A stretch of DNA of 63,925 bases, filler included, from Choristocarpus tenellus KU-1152 (GCA_964200185.2; 10 parts of 10 records of this genome joined end to end with filler, not necessarily neighbours in it); one strand, 5' to 3'. Counted from the first letter of the whole stretch, positions 12,712 to 27,028 are shown. Translations and numbers: made by a program. The notes: a model not told the origin generated them from the sequence alone.

Positions 12712-14791
12712 GATTAATTTTTTTTTCACCTGAGGAGGTTGACGGTTTTGCATGGCACACCATCTTGACTCAATACCAAAATGTAGGCATTTCTGTAAGT
12801 GTAAATGACCTACTTTTTATAAATGTCCCCTCTCTCTGTCTGATTATCATAATTTATATTTACTTCTAAATCTTACTGTTGATGGTATTGATAATATTAC
12901 AATATAATTCTTGCCATGAATCAGTGATGTAGATAGAGAGATGTGAGCACTGCTTAGATAAGTATCTTTAAAGTATCACAAGAGGCGTAAAAATATATCA
13001 TTGTCAGCACATACTATGATGGGAGGAACTAATAGGTAGGATAAAAAGCCAGCATATTGGTCACATTCTTCATTTTCTTCAAGAGGCAAATTTGATTTTA
13101 TATGTTACTCTTCACTGCATCACTAGCAAAGACCTTGCAATCTATTGACACTAAGTGGTGCATTGGAAAGATCAGGATCCTGGCGTTCCACAGGTATACT
13201 TCTCGTCTGGAAGCAAGTCCCAGTTTACATAGTGATGCTTGGAAAGTTTATCTGTCCTTAGGGTTGTCAAATCGGGTGTGCTACTATCTCGACCTAATGG
13301 CATCCATTGGAGCAACGGATCCTTCGATGTGGTAGCTGGGAACTTCAAAATCCGGGCTACATGGAGGTTTCCATTGTTCAAAGTCGCTAACGAGATATAT
13401 GTGATCCCGCACAAGGGTATTATAATTGCAGTTCTGAGGACTTTATGGCAAGTTAGACTATGATGAAGCAAAGACGGTGTGGATTATGGCAAAGCGAAAA
13501 CCGACCCTCACATTGGAAAGACCAGAATCCTGGTGCTTCATGATAACCTTTTGTCTGCCAGATAGTCCTAGTGGTTGAAGAGTCTAGTTAGAATTTGATA
13601 CGTCTGTTCCAGGCTTGTCAAATCGGGAATGCTATAATTTCGAACTGATGACATCCAATGAAGCAATGATTTCTTCCGCGTGGTTACTGGGAACTGTATG
13701 CAGTGCCCAACGGCAGATTCACACAATTCAAAGGTGTGCACGGGTGATTTGCGCATATTTGCATTATAATTGAGGCTCTGAGGACTTTGCCACGGGCAAC
13801 ATCATAGGGAAGTGTAAGCTTTGTACAAATGTGAGGAAGAGGTCTAATGTGGAAAAGGGGAAGAACACAGGCGCCAAATTCCTAGTCCTAAGGGAATCTG
13901 CCAAGTGTGCCTGGATGAAGAATTTTTAGTTGAGAAAGATGGGTAAGGAGGATGAATAGAGCGAGGTTATGGAGGAGAACCTCATTGCTCCTAGTGAGAC
14001 TGAGTTTGACATCTCCTGGGTGTTAGAGAATGAGGAGGGTAAAGAAAAGAATGATGAGCAGTAGGCGGATGAATAGATGGCATCCTGTGTAGAGATAAAG
14101 CAAAATAATGAATTTGAATGAGCTCAATAACCTTCAATACTTCAATTCGTCAGTGACCCAAATACCAATAACAGTAAGGCCTGGAAGCGTAGTCCCACAC
14201 AGTAACATGCAGGAATACATATTGTTTAGCGTCCGCCACAAGCAGAATGCATCAAATATCTGTGTCCCAACTTCTTTTCATGACTTGTACTCCAAATACT
14301 TCAAAATTCCTCTCTGCTACACCAATAGAAATAATGCATTTCTCAAGCCCTGTATCACTCCCTAAAGCATCACCCATACTCGTAGATGTGCCTTAGCATT
14401 TTCTCTTTTCCAATATGTGCTTCCTCAAGAGAAATGGTAAAATGCACCTGATTTTCCTGGCGATGTGATATTTCCGCCCCTTTTCGAAAATCTCAATAAT
14501 ACCTGAAGCATTGTCAAACCATGTGCTACATATCGAATTTCTATTTTCCAACAGATTCCTCCTTGCCCTCAGCTTTCACCATTTCTACAATTTGGCATAT
14601 ATTTAATCTGATGTGCGAAAGTAGTGTGAAAGTTACGAGCGTCTGCCTTCCCACTAGTTCCCCTTCCATAATATTTCATAGATGCCACTAACCCACCGCC
14701 TAGTACTGAGTCCTTGCATTTTCTGGAGCTCTGCTCCATCCATGTCAAACGAAGCCAATCAATATATTTGTATGGGTCTCACTGCACTCAG

Positions 14792-17700
14792 GAGGATGGA
14801 TGACGGTTGGAAGATGAAGATCGACCCCATGGAGTTCCGGGAAGGTGAGGTGAAGGACTCACAGGATTGCACAACAAAATTGGAGTCAAGTGCGAGTTGT
14901 ACCCAGAATACTGATGACTCTGCGTGACATGCAGTGCATTCTTTTGATGGAAATGTTTTATATTGTTGCATAGGCCCTATATTTAGCTTTGGGACAAACC
15001 TTGATCTATACACATTCTGCTCATACATACATCAAGAACAAAAAGTCACAGAGTAATCCAATCTGAGGAGCAGGGTCTACTTGGTCCCTTTTTAGTATTT
15101 GGCACTCTAAAATCTTCCACGCGACATCCAATTTACCACGCGTGAAACACAGCTACTTTCCCTTAGATGACTGTGACAGTAGAAGGAGACAAATGTTAGT
15201 GGTCATGAGGGCGAAATCGGCCTTCAGAGTGCTCGAAGCACACAAACCGGAAGGCAGTCACAGGGTCCTGGATATTCTACAGTATCCACCTCTCTAACAT
15301 AGGATGACTTGAGGGTGATATGGCTGACCCCTCACCTCACAATAGAACAATTCTATAGCACTACTGATGTCTTGAACAACAATGAAATGGAAGAGTGTCA
15401 CTTCAATTCTTCCACGCTTGGTTTGTGTGTATGAGTTACTATTGCTGAATGAATTGATTTTGTTTGTGTTCATCGCTTTGGAGAGGCCTCACAGTGTCTG
15501 AGTTGCTAGGTCGGAGAGAGGAGGAGAGTTGTTTTGGAAGGTCCAGATAAATTTGATAGCTCCTGGAGTTCTCACCAACACCAGTGCTTAGGACCTTTTT
15601 GAAAATTTTTGCTATCCCTCTTATCCCTTGGTCTAGTGTCATACTTTCGTCTTTCTCTCCCTCTTTTCACCAAACTGTTATGCAAGTGATTGGCCAAGGG
15701 TGAGAGATGACACGATTGATTGCAGGAATAGGAAGGAGGCTGTACGGAAAACGCAATACCGTGGATAAAAACTGACATATGACCTTCCTCTGTTGCTGTG
15801 ATTGTTGCCTCTTATATCATGTCCTCTACCCCTAAATCTTGTCGTGGTTCTGCTATGGAGTACATGTTGTACCAAGAGCAAGTTGTGCTTGTTTCTCTTA
15901 AATGTGTCCCCTGCCTCCCTCTCCTCTCTAATAGGCATGTCAGCGTATGGTGTGCCTCTTACAGATTCTGATATTTGCACTTGCATGGACGTGTTCGACG
16001 AAAATAGGGACGGACAGGTAATAAAAAAAGCAACGCTAGTCAACATCACTAACCAAGCCAACATCTCTGCTGAACAAACTCGATGTAGTTTATTTTTGAA
16101 GAGGAAGGGACAGGGAAGAGAGGGGGGAAGGAGAGGAGGAGGGGGGGGTGGAGGGGAGTGGGATGCCTTGTGTTGATTTTTTTCATCATACTGATGCAAT
16201 TTTCAATACAATCTCACGCTTTCTTTGGTCAATATTCCCAACACAGGGAACTAATCCACTGCTCCTGACCTTTGCATTCCACCACCTCAAGAGATGCCTT
16301 TCTGCAGAAGGGTGATGCCCAGATCGATGGGGTGGGGGCTGCTGCCAGACGAATGCATCTGACTGGCACAATGTTCCACGCATGATATTCTAACGGTGGA
16401 AATGTTGCTCTTGGGTGGAATGCGCCCTACCCCCCTTAACTCGAAACACACTGAGTCTGCATGACTCGGAGAGCTCCCTCCTTTCCCATGTTTCAACAAT
16501 TTCTTCAACTTGTCAGCCTTTTGAGATAAAGCACTGGATGATTTTTCTACTTTGTTCGCGTTCCTGCAAACCTGAATATTATCGCAACTGTGTGGTTGAT
16601 GGATGGGCATTTTTCTGTCCATACCAAGATATTTTCACCCCTTCTACTCCCTCAGCGGCATGCACATGGAGCAGTTTACACTGTGTATAGTTACCATCTT
16701 GATCTCCTTTTATTGTATAGTGGAGTAGGAACCGATACCTAGGAAGAGCTTCAAAAGAATGGCAGTGTATCCCGTCGTTTCTGAAATTCCGTTGGGCTAC
16801 TTTTCCGACCCCCCCTCAAAGACTTTGCCTTGAAAGAGAACAAGTCCTTTCCATCAACCTGCTTTGGTTGCATGCCTCTGTCTTACGTTTCCCCTCTCTT
16901 AGATATCACTCAATGAGCTTGTCCGTGTAGTCCAGGGAGTCATGGGGGACGATCGTGTGCAAATGGTGCGAAAGGTTTTTAATGTCCTTGATCAAGGAGG
17001 AAAAGGCTACACCACATTCAACGATATTCGAAGCACTTATGACTTCTCTTCTGACCATGCAGTGGCTAGTGGGTACGTCCATGCTTTCACCTATGTGTGT
17101 GTTGTGTTGTAGTTGATGTGCCCTGCCCGCTTAACAATATTTTTCTTAAGTATTCACTTTTTCACCACTTTTATGTGTTTGATTCTAAACTTGGTTTACC
17201 TTCACACAGCAGTTGATTCTTGATGAGAATTGTGACAACAGTTCTAGGTGGTGTGCAATCTTCCTCCTCAGCTGTGCTATAGTCCCCCCCCCCCCTGACC
17301 TGATACCAAGATTTCTGAATGAGGGATGTTGGCAGAAAATCGAGATTCGTCTTAAATACCAGCGTGTATTTTATGTGACTGATCAGTTGTGAGTCAAAGT
17401 GAGTGAGAGATACCCAGAATTGCATATTGAGGTTGCTGAAAATTCGAGTTTTTTTTACAAATGCTAATAGACTTTCTGAAAGATAATAGGATATTTTCTT
17501 AATTCTGTCTAAACAACACAGAAACCAATGATTTGAAGTCAAACCTAGTGCCTCATCCTTAGAAATATGGTGCATCACAAAAGATTGAAAAACTGACTTA
17601 GAATGCAAAACAGCCAAAATCTGGGTACCTTTCGCTTACTTTGACTCGGTACTATGTAAATTCGCACGGTACTCTCTGTCCAAATTGAACAATGTGCCTC

Positions 17701-19347
17701 AAAGGAGATCATCCTTCTGCTTTGGTGAAGGATGCCTTTTAAATTGTATTTAGAAGTGCTCTGCAAGGACATGAAAACATTTATGGGGTAGGGGAGGCTG
17801 TCGGGTTAAATGTTTCCTTTTGATAAGTTGTGGCATACCAAGTATTTTTGGACAAAGTGTTGGCCTTTGCACCATACCCTCTATTACACCCTCAATACTG
17901 GTCAAAGTCTAGAACATGTTGAATTCCTTAATTGATTAAAATGAGAAAAAAAATGTACTCAGAGTGAATGTGTACCCAAACCTAAATACTTCATTGCGAT
18001 ATACTTGGAGTTTTCATTAGACACAAACACCCACACAATAGTGGAGCAGTTAAGCAAGTGAGCACAAACTAACATACCATGATACTCATCGTTGTAGTAA
18101 CCTAGGAGAGTGAAAGTATCTTAGAGGGCACAAGTGTTGCCTTGTTTCTCCATTTGGGGCTTGGCTTCCCATGGGTTCTTAATGACATTTTATCTACACA
18201 AAGATGTTTGGAGTAGGCAAAAGGTATACATTATGAAAAGGTGTGTCCGAAACAAGGATATTGACATCTCGTTGACAAATATGATAGTCAAAAATACATC
18301 AAAATTGCAATATTGGATTTTGGTCCCCAAATGGACGCGACTCTACCCTCTGAGATACTTTGACTCAGGAGTCATATGTTGTTCACACTTCAGAGAAGTT
18401 CCCAAGAGCTTTGGAGTCTGTGCAGTGTGCTAAATTAAAAACTACAGTAGCAGAAACTCTTGGGTATGCTTTCAACCTAGATTGTGGGTCGACCTCAAAC
18501 TGCAGCTTCATGAATTCATTTATCAGTGTTGATGGTACAATGATGCACACAGATTCAAAGCATTTAAGAGGGTAGGAGTTTTGCCCTGTTTGTCCATTCA
18601 GGAATTGGCTTCCCACTGATTTTTTATGCCCTTTTTCGGTTTTGGAAACATTTCAGAGTAGTTAAAATGTTTACGACTATGAAACATGGAGCATGGATAT
18701 TGACACTTGTCAACAAACATGATACCCAAAATTACATCAAAATCGCAACGTTGGATTTTGGACCCCAAAGGACATTGCCCAGCCCTCTTGAATGCTTTGA
18801 CTCACATTTCGTTGAGTTCTTATTCCCTTGCTCGACTAAGGGCACAAAATCTTCAAAAGAAGAGACCTCCCTGCCAGTGAAATACCAGAGTATGCCTTGG
18901 TTACAGAAACGAGACAGCATCGAAACTGTCAAGGGAAGACAGAATACACGCACTATCAGTTTCCCTCCTGTTTGTTATGAGTATGTTGCTAACATGTCTA
19001 ATTTTCATACATAAATATTATTCTTCCCCTTTTATCTTTTTGATCCACCTACACGTAACCTTAGCAAGTTCCTTCAGGTCTAATGTCTCATCCATCCATG
19101 CACCCTCACCTTCCCTCCAAAAACCCTTGGCTACAGAAGTATTAGAGACACCAGTGAGGAGCAAGCCATTGAGGAGTTCAGTCAGCACTTTGGAACAACT
19201 AAATCGGGGAGTGCATATGATCGCATCACCTTTGAGGACTTTATGGAAGCCTACCGCGACATCAGTGCCAGCTTCGAGGATGATAAAACCTTCCAGAATA
19301 TGATGACCACTGCATGGAATCTTCCTACCCCTGCATCACTGAAGTAG
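14792..19347 (+). CDS. Calcyphosin-like EF-hand calcium-binding protein, 5' end unresolved
   Basis: In-phase exons 14792-14844 (RMDDGWKMKIDPMEFRE), 15935-16017 (MDVFDENRDGQ), 16903-17072 (ISLNELVRVVQGVMGDDRVQMVRKVFNVLDQGGKGYTTFNDIRSTYD) and 19146 (or 19137)-19347 (ITFEDFMEAYRDISASFEDDKTFQNMMTTAWNL...stop). Matches the calcyphosin C-terminal signature. Confidence 0.85.
17391..17647 (+). mobile_element. MITE family C, full copy (257 bp, intronic)
   Basis: ~28-bp imperfect TIR GAGTCAAAGTRAGYGARAGRTACCCAGA; homologous in reverse orientation to 30640-30896; flanks TGT/GGT. Confidence 0.85.
18108..18366 (+). mobile_element. MITE family B, full copy (intronic)
   Basis: TIR GAGTGAAAGTATCTTAGAGGG ... 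CCCTCTGAGATACTTTGACTC; 4-bp TSD AGGA/AGGA. Confidence 0.9.
18552..18803 (+). mobile_element. MITE family B, diverged full copy (intronic)
   Basis: Colinear with 18108-18366; flanked by ACA/ACA. Confidence 0.85.
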
Positions 19348-21725
19348 TAGTATTAACAATTTTCTGCCTTGCTTGTATATGATAAAGCCCATGATTGGAG
19401 GCAGATACCCTTGTATTCACACCTGCTTTCATTTTTCCACAACACTCTGTTCATCCTTCCTCCAACAAAAAATGAAAGATGATAGCCAGACCTCCCATGT
19501 ATGTCTGCACTTCCGTGATAATTCTTCCACTACCAATGTCAAAATACTCCAATGTGCAACTGCCATGTGGCAGGAAGGGGTGAGTAGGTTCCTGCTGTGT
19601 CCAAGTCTTGTCCCAAGGTGGCCCTCCTTGTCTACAAATTCGGGTATTTTAGAGAGATGAATATATAAGCAGGGGATAGGAATTGACATACATATGGCAA
19701 AGGAATCGGAGGATATTAGGATATATCATAGGTAATAGTGACGATGAGAGAATGATGGTCCCCCTTTCACTCCTGTTTTTCTCTTTGGTTCTTGAAAAAA
19801 CCCCGACATTATCGACTCATGCTTTTGTGTGATGGGTCGGGATGTTGTGTTTGTGGAGGGGGTTGAGGCAAAGATCATCAGGTATTTCTGGTTTCAACTT
19901 AACGCATCGATTTAATTGATGTCATCAACACCATGCTAATACTTATCTCTTGATCGGCGAAAAACATGAAGCCAATTTTATGATATCGAGATTAGACATA
20001 CTACTACTATTACTATTACTACTGTCGTGTTACTATATATATCTGAAGTATTATAGTACACACTACTGTGATAGATGCTCCCAAGTAAGAGTACAAAAAT
20101 GTAGCAATAGCATTTGGTCATCACTAAATGTCACCGCCCTTAAGCTTTCTTGCAAAACCGGCACTAAGTCTGCTCTGAGAGTGAACAAGGCGAGAAGATG
20201 AGAGGCAGTTAGTGGTAAAACCAAGCTTAGAGATGAGGATCTCAGGTACAGGACACCATATATCTCTTGCTGATACCAAGGCATTGACGCTGGCAAATAC
20301 ACTACTGTACTCAATATGAGAAACAGAAAAACCTACCTTGAGCTCTACACATGATCATTCATCCAAATGTTATTACTTCATTCAATGTTCCCTCATATAC
20401 TACATATTGTATACAGCGCTGGGTGCAGTTCACCCTGTCCATCACTCTCAATTCATGAGTCAATGACAAAACTAAGTGACTATTGGCCCCTTGACAAAAG
20501 CAACTCCAACGCACTACACCTTCATCCTCCGTTGTTGTAGGCACTTCCAACGACAAATATATTAGCATCTGGATCAACCATCTACATGCCGTGTGTCAAG
20601 ACTTGGACACTAGCCTCTCCATGCCCAGGTAGTGCAAAAACCAGGATACAAGAATCTTCACAGATATTGTCGGAGGGATCAAATGCTTAGCCTGAACCTC
20701 ATCATGCATTATCGCTTATATCTTACCATTCTAAGGATTGTCTTCGAAACATCAAGTCTACACAAACGAGTTACTACAGATAGAGAGGCATGGGGGATCA
20801 AGACCTCATCTTCTTGCCTGCCTGCATTCCATTCTCAAACTATCTCCAAGTACACACCACACAAACAACAAACAGAAAGGTGGTCTCAAAACATGATGAC
20901 AACCAAATCGAGAAACCAGCATGTATGATGAGTGCAAAGAAGGAACGCCCTGCTTCTTTTCCCATTACATGGCTTCTACAATCCACATACATCTACTGTG
21001 CAGCAGTTAGTCGAGCGTGCTTTTCCCCTCTCATGCAATTACTCTCATTTAAATTCCAATTTCCTCACAAACGTACACCAAAACCCCTCCCCAAATAAAC
21101 TGAACATGATTGTTTCTTCAAGTATTTGCCAAGCGGGCCAATACGTGTTAGAATACACCCCCATCGTGATTTCCGAACAGAGTGGGTACCTAGCACAGGT
21201 CCACAGCAACTACATTCAAGAAAATAACGATATGCAAGCAATCACCAAACCCCCCAGAACAGTGCAAAATACCCTCTGCTCTATAACACCAGGACATCCC
21301 CAAATGTCGCCCCAGCGGGAGGCCAGTACCTTCCCCTTGTCTATCAATCCCCTGCGGAGACGAGCTTGTGCCCTGCCTAAGTACCAGTCAGCAACACAGT
21401 CCAATCTAGCACTCAAGAAGACAGCAAAAGCCTGCATTCAAGGCTGCCATACCATACTTCAACACGAAGAAGCCACTACACTGCATTCTTAGGCCGAATG
21501 GTCTTGGGTCTCAAACACTCCGTCTGTCTGCTTGTATCAGTTGGAACCTCTCCCCCCCCCCCCCCCCCCCCCAAAACACACCAATACCATGTCCACAACA
21601 CCTCGCCCCCCGACAAAGTTCATGTNNNNNNNNNNNNNNNNNNNNNNNNNNNNNNNNNNNNNNNNNNNNTTAATTAATTAANNNNNNNNNNNNNNNNNNN
21701 NNNNNNNNNNNNNNNNNNNNNNNNN

Positions 21726-21765
21726 CGGTGTAGAACCCCCCCTCCCCCTCCAGATACTTTGGGTC
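21726..21765 (+). mobile_element. MITE family A, right end at contig start
   Basis: GGTGTAGAAC-polyC-AGATACTTTGGGTC. Confidence 0.8.
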
Positions 21766-22069
21766 TTTATGTGTATGTACGTACTCGCAATTCGTAAGCA
21801 CTCCTTCGTAGTTGTAGTAGTATCCATCCAAGCGAGTAACAAATGAATGTTTTTGGAGGAGTGTTTGTTGGTTCCTCTCCACAGGCCGGGGATATGGACT
21901 GCTCCTCGTCTTGTGTACCTTCCTGCCTGGTACAGTTTGAGCAAAGAGGGCAACTGTGTGTGATGGGGCTTGCACTCTACCCCTGGGGGGCTTGTCCTTC
22001 CCAGTATCATGGCTGCATTGACAGGAGAGTGAGGGAGAGCAAGGCGCACTTGTCTAATGGTTGTGTGGT

Positions 22070-22251
22070 GGCTCAAAGTATCTGGGGGGGGTGAGGGTTG
22101 TCCATTTGGGCCCTATTTTTTCATGTCACAATTTTTTTGGGGGGGTGATTTGGTTGCACGTGTTGGATGGATGACGAAAGTGCATTTTTCCTGGTCACGG
22201 GCCATATGGACACCCTGGTGTAGACCCCCTCCCCCCCAGATACTTTGAGCC
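22070..22251 (+). mobile_element. MITE family A, full copy
   Basis: GGCTCAAAGTATCT ... AGATACTTTGAGCC; flanks TGGT/CGGT. Confidence 0.9.
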
Positions 22252-25003
22252 CGGTAGCCCTCCAGCATTCAAGCTGGGAAGAGAAGAGTTGGTGAAACAG
22301 GCTATCAGCTTCCTAATCCTAATGTACATCAATCTACAACCGACCGCAGTGATGAGAAGAAACAAATACATACACCCATTGTTGGTAAACTCCTGTAACA
22401 TCTGTGTCCATATCACAGAGGACATACTCCTATTTCCATCCCCGCAGCCATTAGACCCTAATTCTGATTGTATCAATTATGCTTAGTCTACTTTTCCATT
22501 GCATGTTTGATCGCAGTCCCCAGAGCAAACCTACGTAATTGGTCCCGTTGCAGATCCCACCTATTCCAACATTCCTCCAAACATAGTCGCTATCGCTGTC
22601 CTTGTCTCATCGTGCCACACCGGCTGTGTGGACTGCATTAGAGACCAAACCTATCCTAGGAAAACAAGAACATTACTTCGTTCAATCGTCTTTCCTCATT
22701 TTGTGATAGGGTTAGGGTTAGGATATAACCCTCATCCTCACCTTCACCTACAACTGAACCATTATTAGCTATTTTTTGTCTTGGACAGTAGGGAATGTTT
22801 AGAATCAATTTTGAACTTGGGGCTAGGGTTACTAGGTTTCAACGCCAACCCTAACCCAAAACCTAGGTCACGAAAGAGTTTTCAAAGATAATGGCCTTGC
22901 TCCCAGAAGATAGGTTTGGTTCCCCAGTGTACTAGACGGAGACAGAACAAGAGCTATACCCAACTGGCAGCAAGGAATTTTCTCTTGCAGTGGAGGGTTG
23001 GGATCAAATGCAACATTACCCAAACAACAGGACTGGCCTCTTCTAGTGGAACAGAGAACGTGAAGGTCACACTCCTGGTTGGGCATTGTTTTCCTCAATT
23101 ACGACAAAATCCTTGAAACTTTAAAATTGAGAATGTTGCCTAGATATTGTCTGTCCCCACTTTCGTAGCTTTGAATAAACAACACAGGAAATAATTTTTA
23201 GGTGAAGCGAAGGATGATGCTGCCTTTCTACTCCAAAAATTGCCCAAGAAGTCACCAGAAGCAACTTAGTCTCACCATCCCCCACAAAGTCTCCACACAA
23301 CAAGAACGTTCCAGGCCCTCTACTTTTCCTTGTAATCCCGCTAGTGTCACCCTTATACAGAATCATCGACGAATTCATCCGCCTCAAGTCGAGTGCACCC
23401 TTCCAAAACTCTGTCAACACTTGTTCGTTGCTAAAAGGATCGCCAGACGAATTGAAGACTGTAACTGCCAAACTTTTGAGTACTACCATGCAGAGTCAAT
23501 GGATGTACTTTATTATCTGTGCTGTCATAGGATCTGCCCTTATCACTGACCTGTACAATCGTAGCCTTGTCACAACTCCTTCGTTGTGCCCGTCCATATT
23601 GAATATCACATGATACAAAGTTTGCTCTTGTTCCTTTCATGACATCGCAAAATGTCAGTGGAAATACAAGATGTACTAGTAAATATTATGTTGTAAATAC
23701 TATGTATAATGTACAAATGCATGAACTGGAGATACGCAGATACTTCGTAGTAATAGATAAGTAGGTAATGCTTCTCTTATTCCGTCCACGACAAAGTACA
23801 GATGCCAAACATATCGGAGTCAACGAATTGGCGGCATTCAGGAGTGATGGGTGGTGGTTGGAGGTATGATGTAGTCAGTGGCCATCATCATCACCCTGAC
23901 AGTACCTATAACACCCAGCATCCAGCTGGGGACGTTCTAAATATGTTGAAGGATAAGTGGTGAGTGGTGAGACAACAGGCATCAGGCAATGGGACATCAC
24001 TACCCGCGAGTGAAGGGTGGGGTCGCATGTCTGTAAGGAGAGATATATGGAGATGCTACAGAACATATTGTGTGTGGTGTGCAAGAAGAGCTGTATCTGT
24101 GCGAAGATTTGAGATTTTTTGTGGAGGGCTTAACCTCTCTCTCTACTCACAAGTGGAACTCTGTGAAGGGGGAAGGCTGGACTTTGGTCTTGACTTCAGG
24201 TCAACGCCAGCCTACATCCCCAACACCAGAAGTGATTTATATTTTTCCCCATCATGCTGTACTTTGTGCCAAAGATGGCAACCAAATACAGGTGTCCCCC
24301 CCAAAATTTCCCCTCTAGTCGGGTCACTCAACAAATGGGGAACTTTCATGCTTGCGTCCGCGTCGTGCGTAGCGTGCAGTGAGATGGGGAAGGGACTCTC
24401 ATTTCAAACGAATTACCACCTCCCTAGCCCCTACGAGCATATACATATATTATTATTTTATTATTTATTTTATCATACGCAAGATGTGTTTATGTTTTGA
24501 GTTGAAAACATTATATATTGGTTCAACAAGAAAGGTCTAAACTTATTATCTATTCCTCAACTTAATAAAGACATGTCCAAAAATGTGAAACAGGTATGTA
24601 AATGGATCAATCACACGTACCCAATGTATGTCCCTTCTCCCCTTGAAACATTTTGTTTAACCAAACACACCATAACCTCGTTTACCAAATTCACTATTCA
24701 GTGAGAGTTTGCGGCGGTTATCAATCAGGCGTTGTAGAGGCCGTCACAACGAGACACCCACATGAGGTAAATGTCGGCTATCGAGTACTTGATCCCTCAA
24801 ACTCCCCCTTAAATGAAAAAAAACAGAAACCCAGGAAACATCAAGTAATCCCCAATGTCAGTCCCTCCCGTGTGCCATGGTATCACAATCGCAAAAAAAA
24901 ATACAAATTCAAGTCTCTTCTTACAATGCTTGGGATATGGGACAGAATAACCGAAGAGAACAATATCCGTCCTGAAGAACAGCAATCATGATGGCCACCT
25001 ACA

Positions 25004-25153
25004 ATGGTTGGCGTCAGCGACGAAGGCGGCATCGGAATGCACTCCAGAAGAGGACGGAGGGAGGAGGTTTGGCCATTTTTTTGCACTGCGTTGACGCTTG
25101 TCGCATTGATGCTGGCAGACGCCTACTGGGGCTTCCGCATAAACTTCGATAAG
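25004..25153 (+). CDS. Possible first exon of a type II membrane protein
   Basis: ATG-initiated 50 codons (MVGVSDEGG...VWPFFCTALTLVALMLADAYWGFRINFDK) with a hydrophobic stretch, ending at donor AAG|GTAAAA; CpG-rich like other 5' ends in the window. Confidence 0.4.
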
Positions 25154-25179
25154 GTAAAAAGGGAAATGTGAGTCCCAAC

Positions 25180-25199
25180 GAGTCAAAGTATCTGGGGGG
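25180..25199. mobile_element. MITE family A terminus at contig end
   Basis: GAGTCAAAGTATCTGGGGGG followed by the spacer. Confidence 0.75.
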
Positions 25200-25365
25200 N
25201 NNNNNNNNNNNNNNNNNNNNNNNNNNNNNNNNNNNNNNNNNNNTTAATTAATTAANNNNNNNNNNNNNNNNNNNNNNNNNNNNNNNNNNNNNNNNNNNNA
25301 CAGACCAATCAACAGTCAGTGTTGACTGGTGGAACTGTATCGTATCAAGGAACAAACAGATGAGT

Positions 25366-26157
25366 AGCCTCACACGGTTCCCCATTGCTGAACGTGATTA
25401 CATGGTTGAAATTTGAACAGTGACCTTCGTGGGGTATCTTCTCATTGCTTGTTTTATTATTATTCTGTGCTTCCTACCTAAGTCAACGGCTATGTCAAAG
25501 TAGTTGAACGCAGAATAAAAAACCCATGCGTAATCCCATTCATAATCCGGATGTACTATCTCATTAGTTACATCTCTCATACACAAAATAAGGTACACCT
25601 CACTATTTTCCTATTTTGCACAGATCTCTACTCCAGTCCTTGTGGGAGCGAATTCATCTGCTCCTGCCTGCCCCTGGACAAGAACTATTCCTGTCATGAT
25701 CTCTTTGTGACATCTGGTACATCAGATTATCGTTTTGTGTTCAGGTCAGTAAATGTCAGTAGGTCCCTCTAGCTGGCTTACAAGTAAACATTCCTGATTC
25801 TTCACATCTGTTTCTATAAACTGCGATCCAGGTCGTTCAGACTGTGTTTGTGTCAGTATGGAAGAAGAGAGAAGAAAGAAATGGGAGCCTCACACGTTCC
25901 TCACTTCTAAATACAATCACATGGTTGAAAAGAAGAGTGACGTTGTGGGGTGTCTTTCTATTGCTTGTTGTATTCTTATTGGTGTCTTAGACGTAAGTCA
26001 AAGGCTATGTCAGAGAAGTTTAATTGCAATACTAACAACATACATAATCCGGATGTGCTACTATCTCATTAGGTACATCACATTAACCCAATCCATCACT
26101 ACAAATCTCACATACACAAGACAGGGTATACCATACGATTATCCTATTTTTGTACAG
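25366..26157. repeat. Two diverged direct copies of a ~260-bp sequence
   Basis: 25366-25623 vs 25886-26157 share, in order, AGCCTCACACG, ACATGGTTGAAA, ATTGCTTGTT, TAAGTCAA.GGCTATGTCA, CATAATCCGGATGT, TACTATCTCATTAG and TCCTATTTT. Confidence 0.8.
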
Positions 26158-26772
26158 GAATTGATCGCAAAAGATTTTCCCCTTTCCAATATAAGTCTCA
26201 TCTCACTAATTCACCTCCTGCATCGACGAAAATCCACCAACCTCTATTGGAGTATCACTTCCTTTGCTTTCTCTGTCTTCAGCTTCGCCAACGTTTTTAA
26301 CATTGCCTCTCCCCTTTCCTTTCTCATTTATCTTCTTCCTTCTAGTGCTTAGTCCAGAATGGCTCAATCCTTGCCCAGTCATCCCAACGGTCCCAGCGCG
26401 TTTAGGTTAGCAGTGAGCTCTGTGTCCTGTCACTCCACAAACATAGCAGCTACCTGGGTAAGATCCAAAGCAAGAGGAAACAACACTGGGGCAAGAATTT
26501 TGAAGGTAAGGTCCTCCACATAGTCAGCACTCCACACGTTCTGGTTGTCTGGGTTTTGAGCAGAGAATGTGGAGGGTGTGGTGATCACTACTCGCCATAG
26601 CACAGGTGGAGTACAGAAATGACGGCTCGATCCAGGTACGAGCAGGACAATGAAGGACAATAAGTCATCTGAATGACTGCTCGGTAGCTCAGGGGTTTGC
26701 TAATGTTCTAACAGTCGATCCTTTCGTCACCCTGTAGTTCCGTCTCTTGCATGGCCTCCACCCATTATCAAT

Positions 26773-27028
26773 GAGTGAACGTATCTTAGAGGGTATGAGT
26801 TTTCCCTGCTTGTCCATTTGGGGCTTGGCTTCCCATGGGTTCTTATTACATTTTCCTAATCCAAAATATTTTGGGGTAGGTAAAATGTATACGTTATGAA
26901 AAGTTGTGTCCAGAAGAAGGATATTGACACTTCCTAACAAATACGATAGTCAAAATTACATCAAAATCGCAAAGTTGAATTTTGGCTCCCAAATGGACGC
27001 GACTCTACCCTCTAAGATACATTGACTC
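26773..27028 (+). mobile_element. MITE family B, full copy
   Basis: GAGTGAACGTATCTTAGAGGG ... CCCTCTAAGATACATTGACTC; flanks CAAT/CTAT. Confidence 0.9.

Noticed and set aside
22860-23640. Overlapping ORFs of 70-120 aa (similar cases at 26430-26660, 27060-28050 and 43560-44100)
   Set aside because: No recognisable domain, stops in all frames, and no consistent exon boundaries.
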